Virus record (IMG/VR): IMGVR_UViG_3300010263_000007
Span: 1-25,716 of that record
Length of the DNA: 25,716 bases
From: a virus
Lineage: Duplodnaviria; Caudoviricetes
Strand: one strand, 5' to 3'
Position numbers and translations under genes: made by a program. Below the pieces are notes generated by a model, which made no database searches, had not been told where the DNA came from, and saw nothing but the letters and a program-made list of their open reading frames with translations. The first letter of the stretch is position 1; each line of letters starts with the position of its first letter. Shown here one piece after another: positions 7,383-14,148 of this stretch.

Positions 7383-7407
7383 GGTGCCGCCAATAAACGG
7401 GAGATGA
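7357..7407 (+). pseudogene. 3' remnant of a Gp37/Gp68 (DUF5131)-family gene
   Basis: Alternative frame reads ILDGRTWDEVPPINGR*, matching the family's C-terminal LDGR.WDE.P motif as recalled. Confidence 0.6.
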
Positions 7408-7412
7408 GGTAA

Positions 7413-7622
7413 ATGGAAGTGCCATGGGCAGAATGGCTCATAAAGGAGAGAGAAAGGAATCAAAAGCTCAGGAAAGCCTTGCTAAATGCCGCTCAATATG
7501 TAGATTTGGCAAGGATCCTGGCTCAGTTCATGAAGGAGCAAGGAACAAAAGATATGGATGCAGACATAAGTGGAGCGGAGAGATGCCTTAAGGAGATATG
7601 GGAGACTTTGGCTGAGTGTTAA
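7413..7622 (+). CDS. Hypothetical helical protein
   Basis: 69-aa ORF; GAGGT RBS. Confidence 0.7.
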   Translation: MEVPWAEWLIKERERNQKLRKALLNAAQYVDLARILAQFMKEQGTKDMDADISGAERCLKEIWETLAEC

Positions 7623-7636
7623 GGGGGAAGGTACAT

Positions 7637-7711
7637 ATGATCGTGAGAATATCAATCTGGTCTATCGCTCTTATCGTGATTTCCTTTTTAAAACAAAAGA
7701 CCGGAACATAA
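7637..7711 (+). CDS. Putative 24-aa hydrophobic peptide MIVRISIWSIALIVISFLKQKTGT
   Basis: AAGGGGGAAGG RBS; single TM-like stretch followed by a basic tail. Confidence 0.45.
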   Translation: MIVRISIWSIALIVISFLKQKTGT

Positions 7712-7753
7712 ATGTCCCGGCAACTGCCCAAGAGTATATAGTGTAAAGCACAC
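7690..7753 (-). ncRNA. Putative ~65-nt antisense RNA to the rep leader
   Basis: Downstream of the consensus promoter at 7760-7788; ends in terminator GCCGGGAC-ATTTAT-GTTCCGGT-CTTTTGTTTT whose G.U pairs are specific to the minus strand. Confidence 0.7.
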
Positions 7754-7759
7754 ACTTAC

Positions 7760-7788
7760 ATTATATACAAACCTGGGCAAAATGTCAA
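7760..7788 (-). promoter_or_regulatory. Perfect consensus sigmaA promoter, leftward
   Basis: Reverse complement TTGACA-TTTTGCCCAGGTTTGTA (17 nt)-TATAAT. Confidence 0.85.
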
Positions 7789-7869
7789 ATTTTATAAGCG
7801 GGACAGGCCTTTTGTATCTCGTTATAACAATTATCTTCTCGACGAAGAGGCTTAAGGTGGGGGAAAGAG

Positions 7870-8751
7870 ATGCCATACATAAAGGTGAAAATTTTGTCCG
7901 GGGATGTCCTTGAGTATATACAGACATTTAGCCCAAATTATGGAAATCATAAAAGCAGGAAGAAAAAGGTCAGCAAATCGACAATCAAGCAGATAATGAT
8001 CAATGAGAAAAATGCCATCAACAAGGTGGCCAGAAAAATAAACGCTAATTTTGGGAAGGGGGATATTTTTCTCACTCTTACATATGAGGGGCATGTACCG
8101 AAGTATGAGCAGGCAAAGAAGGATCTTGTGAACTTTCTCCGGAGGGTCAAGTATTACAGAAAGAAGCATGGCATGCCACCTTTGAAATATATAGGAACAA
8201 CAGAATACCAAGATACCAGAGCCCACCACCATATTATAATGTCGGCCATGAGCCTGGATGTGATCTCATCACTCTGGAAGCTGGGGGGAGCATACATCAC
8301 CAAGCTATATAGCCGGGAATACTCCGGCCTGGCCAAATACATATCGAAGGAACCCAGGAGGAAAAGTTACGCCCGGCGATGGACCGGGAGCCGGAACCTG
8401 AAGGCCCCGGTGATCGAGGCGACAGTCATTAAGGACGGAAGCCGGCGGATTCCGGAACCAAAGAATTATAAGGTTATCGAACACACATACAGCTGTACCG
8501 AGGATGGATACTATCACCAATACATGAAAGCCATCAGGATAGGGGGGATGGACTATGCAAACGGATGGCCAGGCGCATCGGGTGCAGGAACGCTGGAGCC
8601 CGGAGCGGTACCGTCAGTATCTGGCAGAGCAACAGGGAGCGGGAAAATATCGGAACAGGGTGGTCGAAGTAGACGGCCACAGGTTCGCAAGTCAAAAGGA
8701 AGCAAATCGGTACCTGGAATTGCAAATGCTTCAGAGGAGCGGAGAGATTAA
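7870..8751 (+). CDS. HUH-superfamily rolling-circle replication-associated protein (Rep)
   Basis: Motif I FLTLTY, motif II AHHHII, motif III LAKYISKE, followed by RW..SRNL..P. Confidence 0.85.
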   Translation: MPYIKVKILSGDVLEYIQTFSPNYGNHKSRKKKVSKSTIKQIMINEKNAINKVARKINANFGKGDIFLTLTYEGHVPKYEQAKKDLVNFLRRVKYYRKKHGMPPLKYIGTTEYQDTRAHHHIIMSAMSLDVISSLWKLGGAYITKLYSREYSGLAKYISKEPRRKSYARRWTGSRNLKAPVIEATVIKDGSRRIPEPKNYKVIEHTYSCTEDGYYHQYMKAIRIGGMDYANGWPGASGAGTLEPGAVPSVSGRATGSGKISEQGGRSRRPQVRKSKGSKSVPGIANASEERRD

Positions 8752-8938
8752 GGGCTTCGGTATTCAGCCTAGTTTCTACCTGTCTGAAGGCATACGATAC
8801 ATGCCTGATTTCATCGTGTGCGGAAAAGACGGGAGGATCTGGCTTGAGGATACGAAAGGGTACCGGACCAAAGACTTCAACATCAAGCAGAAGCTCATGA
8901 TAGAAAAGTATCCATGGCTGGAGCTGCGGATTATTTGA
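8555..8938 (+). CDS. DUF1064-family PD-(D/E)XK endonuclease
   Basis: 'KYRN....VDG..F.S.KEA.RY.EL', 'QP.F.L', 'Y.PDF', 'EDTKG..T..F.IK.KL'; AGGGGGG RBS. Confidence 0.85.
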   Translation: MQTDGQAHRVQERWSPERYRQYLAEQQGAGKYRNRVVEVDGHRFASQKEANRYLELQMLQRSGEIKGFGIQPSFYLSEGIRYMPDFIVCGKDGRIWLEDTKGYRTKDFNIKQKLMIEKYPWLELRII

Positions 8939-8939
8939 G

Positions 8940-8959
8940 AATCCCAAACGTTTGGGATT
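8940..8959. repeat. Perfect 20-bp palindrome
   Basis: AATCCCAAAC-GTTTGGGATT, intergenic. Confidence 0.9.
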
Positions 8960-8999
8960 TTGGAGTAAAGCACAAAGGAACGGTAAAGGAGCGGTAGAG

Positions 9000-9551
9000 A
9001 TGGGGAAAAAGTCTACTTCTACTATTTCATCAGAAGTGCATGAAATCATACGAAAATCCGTGGATGCAGCTGTAAAGAAAGCTGCAGAAGCCATCATCAG
9101 GGTGAACAAAGAAATAGAAGCCAGCCAGCGTGACTATTTCAAGGAAACGGAGCGGCTTCTATACTCCTTGCCGGCGCTCAAGTTGAAAGTGGCACAGGAT
9201 GAAGAGGATCTTCGTGAGGGTTTACTGAAACTCAAAGAGAAATCAAAAGATGTTATCTGCCCTTCAAAGTTTTATGGTCCGAATGATCCGGAAGCCAGAG
9301 AAGCCCAGTACATAAATGACCGCATGGCCAGCATGGAGCGAACCAAGCGGGAGATCCAGCGGATTGAAAGAGCGTTGGAGACTATCCAGGATGATGAGTA
9401 TTACGAAATCATTCCCATGAAATACTGGGATGGGCTTTCTCCAACAGAAATTGCGGAGCGGCTTAATTGTGATGAGCGGACGTTTTACCGGCATAAAAAT
9501 AGGCTGGTAAATAAGCTTAAGGTTGTGCTGTTTGGTGCGGATGCCTTGTGA
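9000..9551 (+). CDS. Phage late-transcription activator (RinA/ArpU-like, sigma region-4-type HTH)
   Basis: 'I..ALE.I..DEYYEII.MKYWDG.S..EIAERLNCDERTFYRHKNRLV'; last gene before the late promoter and cos; start at ATG 9000 (GGAG RBS). Confidence 0.8.
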   Translation: MGKKSTSTISSEVHEIIRKSVDAAVKKAAEAIIRVNKEIEASQRDYFKETERLLYSLPALKLKVAQDEEDLREGLLKLKEKSKDVICPSKFYGPNDPEAREAQYINDRMASMERTKREIQRIERALETIQDDEYYEIIPMKYWDGLSPTEIAERLNCDERTFYRHKNRLVNKLKVVLFGADAL

Positions 9552-9715
9552 TTGAAAAGTGCAAGCTATGCGATATTTGAGGGATAAGCCTTGTTAAATG
9601 TGCAATCATAGGGGTTTGACTTGCCGAAAAGGACATAGCATGGGTGGCCTTCATCGAAAATGCTTCGAATGCATTGATATGAAATTTTGTATGAAAGCGC
9701 ACCGCACGGCGCCAG

Positions 9716-9771
9716 TGTCACTTTCGTGTCAGAAAACTGTCAGTGACGTGTCAGTTTAACCGTGGTATTAT
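9716..9771 (+). promoter_or_regulatory. Late promoter: four phased TGTCA repeats plus extended -10
   Basis: TGTCA at 9716, 9727, 9738 and 9749 (exact 11-bp period); TGGTATTAT at 9763-9771. Confidence 0.7.
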
Positions 9772-9796
9772 GATTATGATAGTATTTTTATCTAAT

Positions 9797-9825
9797 GAGC
9801 CCCCCGAGATTATGTGGGCTCTTTT
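9797..9825 (+). terminator. Possible intrinsic terminator/attenuator in the late leader
   Basis: GAGCCC...GGGCTC followed by TTTT. Confidence 0.45.
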
Positions 9826-9951
9826 GCTTAAAAGCTGGTGGCCGGACATGCGGTCCGGAGGGAGGGGTTGGGGGAAACGGTCTATAAGGGCGCTGCCGGG
9901 CATGGTAATCCTCCACGGTGGCGTCTAAACATGAGTTTCGATTTCCAATTG

Positions 9952-10000
9952 TTTACGGGTCCTTCCTAAGGGGGTATCGAACGCGGGTCCGCCGACCCCG
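9952..10000 (+). other. Lambda-like cos site (cosQ + cosN)
   Basis: TTTACGGGTCCTT containing cosQ GGGTCCT (9957-9963), then dyad GGGTC-CGCC-GACCC (9985-9998), immediately upstream of terS. Confidence 0.75.
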
Positions 10001-10060
10001 AAATTTCACCCAGTATAAATGAAAAAAATCGCTTGTGAAATTGTGAATTGGAGTGATAAA

Positions 10061-10603
10061 ATGGCGCGCCCATTTGCCAAGATGATAAATGGAAAAATCT
10101 GCATGACAACAGCAGCTATAACCGAAATCCTGGGTATAACCCAGCAGACTTTGTCACTCTGGAAATCACAAGGATGTCCCCAAGAGGCGAGGGGTTGGTG
10201 GTCGATTCGGGATGTCCTGATATGGAAGGGTCTGCTCACGGCTTCAGGACCGAGAACGGAGGATGAGGCTGAAAGGATATCATGGGCTCAGAAAAAGATA
10301 GAAGCAGAAGCAAAGCTAAAGGAGCAAAAGGCCGAAGAGGCAGAATTCAAAAATGCGATCATCCGGGGGGAATACATACGGAAAGATGAAGTCACCGCTG
10401 AGCTGCAGCGGTTTTTTGTTGTGCTAAAAAGATCCATGCTGGGGTACAGCCGGCGGATTGCCACGGAGCTGGCTGCCTATGTTGATTCAGTAACCGCTAG
10501 GAGGATTGAAAAAATGATCACGGAGCTGACTTACGATGCTCTTGAACAACTTAGCATTGACGGAGTATACAAAGCGCCGCCGCGTAAGAAGACCAAGGCT
10601 TGA
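10061..10603 (+). CDS. terS: Terminase small subunit (Nu1-like, MerR-type winged HTH)
   Basis: 'TTAAITEILGITQQTLSLWKSQGCP', coiled coil, 'RGEYI...EV'; lies between cos and terL; GGAGTG RBS upstream of ATG 10061. Confidence 0.85.
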   Translation: MARPFAKMINGKICMTTAAITEILGITQQTLSLWKSQGCPQEARGWWSIRDVLIWKGLLTASGPRTEDEAERISWAQKKIEAEAKLKEQKAEEAEFKNAIIRGEYIRKDEVTAELQRFFVVLKRSMLGYSRRIATELAAYVDSVTARRIEKMITELTYDALEQLSIDGVYKAPPRKKTKA

Positions 10604-12419
10604 ATGGCCGGATTGGATTAAGAACGCGCTGAGAATATTCAAGCCTCCTGAACGCCTGACAGTTTCGGAATGGGCGGACAAATACAGGATACTGGATGCC
10701 AAAACATCGGCAGAGCCCGGACAGTGGAGGACGGCCAGGACGCCATATCTTCAGGGTATCATGGATGCGTTCAATGATCCGGACATTGAAGAGATCATTT
10801 TCTGCAAACCAACACAGGTGGGTGGAACGGAGACACTCAACAACATTGTCGGGTATATCATCACACAGGACCCAAGTCCAACGCTAATTGTTTATCCGAC
10901 GTTGGAACTGGCTGAATATACATCCAAAAACAGGGTGCAACCAATGATAAATATTTGCCCTATCTTGAAAGAACGTTATCAGGAACGGGAGAGTAAGTTG
11001 CTTGAGCTGCAATTTGACGGCATGTATGTCGTTCTTTCAGGGGCCAACTCGCCAGCGTCCCTAGCGTCCCGGCCAATACGCTTCCTTCTCATGGACGAGG
11101 TGGATAAATATCCGCCAAGCGCAGGAAAGGAGGCTGATCCGAGAAGCCTGGCGCGCGAGCGTACAAAAACCTTCTCGCATAACAAGAAAATCTTCCAGAC
11201 TTCCACGCCAACCAAAAAGTCAGGACCGATATGGCAAGAGTGGGAGAATGCAGATGACCAGCGAAGATATTATGTGCCATGTCCGCACTGCGGCCACTAT
11301 CAAACGCTTCGGTTCAAGCAAATAAAGTGGCCGGAGACGGCCAAAACACCTGATGAAGTTCTGAATACCGCATATTATGAATGCGAACAATGCAAAGGTA
11401 TAATTACCGATGGTCACAAGCCCGGTATGCTCCGCGCCGGCAAGTGGGTATCAGAAAAGAAAACGGGCTCCCGAAAAACAGCGTTTCACCTGAACGCTAT
11501 TTATTCACCTTGGGTACGGATTGGTGATGTCGCTTACGAGTTTGTGAAGTCCAAAGATGTTCCTGAGCTACTGATGAATTTTGTGAATTCATGGCTTGCG
11601 GAGCCGTGGGAAAACACAGAGGTTAAAATGACATCGGATATCGTGCTGGAAAGACAAAGCGAATATGAAGAAGGTGTTGTGCCTGATGGAGCAATCCTTT
11701 TAACAGGCGGCGTGGACGTCCAAAAGGATTGCTTTTATTATACCATCCGGGCGTGGGGTGCATCGATGACCAGCTGGAACATTGCGCATGGGGTTGTTGA
11801 TACTTGGGCTGATGTCGAATATGTCATGAACCTGCCCTATCAGGACAGGAGGGGGAACATTTTCCAGGTGAACTTATGCGCGGTGGACTCCGGTGACAAG
11901 ACGGACGAGGTTTATGATTTCTGTGTTATTAATCAGGAATGGGCGGTACCGGTTAAAGGTTCATCGAATCCCTTGCTTTCCAGGTACAAAATCAGCACCA
12001 TTGACAAGACGGATAGCAAAGCATATGGAATGCGGCTTTATATTGTGGATGGCCACCAGTACAAAGACATGATAGCAGGCCGTTTAAACCGGCCGAATGG
12101 CCCCGGAACCTGGATGGTATACAAGGGATGCGACCGGGAGTATGCAGAACAAATATGCTCTGAAGAGAAGGTTATTGAAAAGCGTGGCGGTCGGGAGATA
12201 GAGGTTTGGAGACCTAAAGGCAGCCATGTTGCAAACCATTATCTGGATTGCGAGGTATATGCTGCCCTTGCTGCGGACCTACTGCACGTCAGATATTTAC
12301 ATGACTCTTCTCAAAAGCAAGAACAAAGCAATCCAAGACCGGACCAGCAAATACAGCAGAACAGCTTTATTAAGACATCGGGTAGTTGGATTAATCAGAG
12401 AGGTGATTGGTTGAGATGA
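10536..12419 (+). CDS. terL: Terminase large subunit, lambda gpA family (start uncertain)
   Basis: 'PPERLTVSEWADKYR', Walker A-like KPTQVGGTE, Walker B LLMDEVD, 'STPT', CPHC..CEQC, nuclease GVDVQ, 'NHYLDCEVYA'. Confidence 0.95.
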   Translation: MLLNNLALTEYTKRRRVRRPRLEWPDWIKNALRIFKPPERLTVSEWADKYRILDAKTSAEPGQWRTARTPYLQGIMDAFNDPDIEEIIFCKPTQVGGTETLNNIVGYIITQDPSPTLIVYPTLELAEYTSKNRVQPMINICPILKERYQERESKLLELQFDGMYVVLSGANSPASLASRPIRFLLMDEVDKYPPSAGKEADPRSLARERTKTFSHNKKIFQTSTPTKKSGPIWQEWENADDQRRYYVPCPHCGHYQTLRFKQIKWPETAKTPDEVLNTAYYECEQCKGIITDGHKPGMLRAGKWVSEKKTGSRKTAFHLNAIYSPWVRIGDVAYEFVKSKDVPELLMNFVNSWLAEPWENTEVKMTSDIVLERQSEYEEGVVPDGAILLTGGVDVQKDCFYYTIRAWGASMTSWNIAHGVVDTWADVEYVMNLPYQDRRGNIFQVNLCAVDSGDKTDEVYDFCVINQEWAVPVKGSSNPLLSRYKISTIDKTDSKAYGMRLYIVDGHQYKDMIAGRLNRPNGPGTWMVYKGCDREYAEQICSEEKVIEKRGGREIEVWRPKGSHVANHYLDCEVYAALAADLLHVRYLHDSSQKQEQSNPRPDQQIQQNSFIKTSGSWINQRGDWLR

Positions 12420-12616
12420 CAGTAAAAGAACAGCTTCAACAGATAAATGCAGCGATATCCGCAATAGAGAATGGTGCTCAGGAATACAGCATCGGCGGCA
12501 GGCGGTTAAGGCGGCCAGACCTATCTATCCTTTACAAGGAAAGACGCATGTTGCTGCAGCAATTACGCGAGGAGAACGGCGGCAGTGTGACAGTGGCTGT
12601 GTTCGACCGGAGGTGA
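12416..12616 (+). CDS. Head-tail joining protein, lambda gpW-like
   Basis: 'AI.AIE.GAQEYSIGGRRL.R.DL..L'; lies between terL and portal; ATGA coupling. Confidence 0.8.
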   Translation: MTVKEQLQQINAAISAIENGAQEYSIGGRRLRRPDLSILYKERRMLLQQLREENGGSVTVAVFDRR

Positions 12617-14148
12617 TGGTATTGAACTGGCTTGATAAAGCTATTGGATTTATTAGCCCTTCCTGGGCATATAGGCGTGTAGCATGGCGCCAGGCCCTAA
12701 AGGGCTTTTATGATTCCGGCGATATTGACCGCCTGAATTCCGGATGGGTATCAGTGAATGCAACCGCCGAGCAGGCAGATCGTCCGCAGAGGGATATCAT
12801 ACGGGCTAGGGCAAGGGATCTGGAGCGGAACAGCGACATAGCGGAGGCTATCATAGGGCCTTTTGAAAGGAATGTCGTGGGAACGGGAATCAAGGTACAG
12901 GCCAAGGTCATGAAATCAGACGGTACCGAGGATGAGAAACTTAACCAGAAGATCGAGGAACTCTGGAACGAATGGTGCCGTGCCAAAAACTGTGATATCA
13001 CAGGCCAGCAATCCTTTGCGGAAATGCAGGCAATGGCGATCAGACGCCTGTTGGTAGACGGCGGGATCATCTTCGTAAAGACATATACCAATTCCGGAGT
13101 GGTACCGTTCTGTCTGCAAGCCAGGGAAGTGGATGAATTAGATACCTCAATAAACGCGTTGCCTGGCATTGGCAGTAACCGGATAATAGGCGGGATCGAA
13201 CTCGATCAGTATAACCGGCCGGTGGCATACTGGTTTAAGGAATATACCCCGGACGGATTCTGGACTGGAAAATCCGAAAGAATTGAAGCCAAGCGGGTCA
13301 TTTTCCTGTGGAAGAAAACGCGGCCTTCGCAGATCAGGGAGATATCCTGCCTGGCAAAGACGCTTCCGAGAGTTCGTGACGTGAACGAGTTTGTTGAGGC
13401 GGTTTCGGTTAAGGAGCGTATACTCGCCTGCCTGTCCGTATTCATTAACAAGACAGCGCCTACCGGAACATTAGGCAGGGGGATTTTAGGCAACAAAAAG
13501 GACGAAAAAAGCGGTTACCAACAGCGGACGATTGCGCCCGGCATGATCTATGAGTTGCAACCAGGCGAATCAGTGACAGCTGTTACACCATCTGGCCAGG
13601 CGACCAGTGCAAAAGATTTTATCTCCACGCAACAGCGACTGGCCGGCAGCGGGCAGGGACTGTCGTATGAAGCCGTATCACGCGATATGTCGCAAGTCAA
13701 TTACAGCAGTGCACGACAGGGATTGTTGGAGGATCAGCGCACATACATGATGTGGCAACAGTTCCTGATAGAGCATTTCTGCAGGGAAGTATACACGGAA
13801 TTCGTTATTTCTGCTGTTCTCTCCAAACAGCTCGATATACCTGGATTCTGGCAGAATAAGAACCAGTACCTGAAGCATGTGTGGATTACTCCTGGATGGA
13901 GCTGGATAGATCCTCTGAGAGAGGTGATGGCGAATGCTAAGGCGATTGAAACCGGCCAGGATACGCTCTCCAGGATCTGTGCTGAACGCGGTGAGGATTG
14001 GCGAGATGTACTCAAGCAGAGAGCAGCAGAAATAAAGCTTGCCCAAGAGTTGGGCATCAGCATAACAGGAGGTGGAAAAGCAAATGGCGCAGCCCAAGAA
14101 ACCTCAAAAGGGGATACAGGAACACAGAACAATGGAAGCCCAGATTAG
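12613..14148 (+). CDS. Portal protein, lambda family
   Basis: 'RARARDLERN', 'VVGTGI', 'RPSQIR', 'DMSQVNYSSARQGLLE', 'WIDPLRE'. Confidence 0.95.
   Translation: MMVLNWLDKAIGFISPSWAYRRVAWRQALKGFYDSGDIDRLNSGWVSVNATAEQADRPQRDIIRARARDLERNSDIAEAIIGPFERNVVGTGIKVQAKVMKSDGTEDEKLNQKIEELWNEWCRAKNCDITGQQSFAEMQAMAIRRLLVDGGIIFVKTYTNSGVVPFCLQAREVDELDTSINALPGIGSNRIIGGIELDQYNRPVAYWFKEYTPDGFWTGKSERIEAKRVIFLWKKTRPSQIREISCLAKTLPRVRDVNEFVEAVSVKERILACLSVFINKTAPTGTLGRGILGNKKDEKSGYQQRTIAPGMIYELQPGESVTAVTPSGQATSAKDFISTQQRLAGSGQGLSYEAVSRDMSQVNYSSARQGLLEDQRTYMMWQQFLIEHFCREVYTEFVISAVLSKQLDIPGFWQNKNQYLKHVWITPGWSWIDPLREVMANAKAIETGQDTLSRICAERGEDWRDVLKQRAAEIKLAQELGISITGGGKANGAAQETSKGDTGTQNNGSPD

Noticed and set aside
9716-9753. 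CRISPR array or iterons
   Set aside because: 5-bp units with 6-bp spacers next to a -10 fit activator sites; no CRISPR-sized repeats were seen anywhere in the window.
9517-9928. Short ORFs around the late promoter, including a Cys-rich 53-aa frame at 9598-9759
   Set aside because: Weak or misplaced RBSs and overlap with regulatory repeats and hairpins; coding status unsupported.
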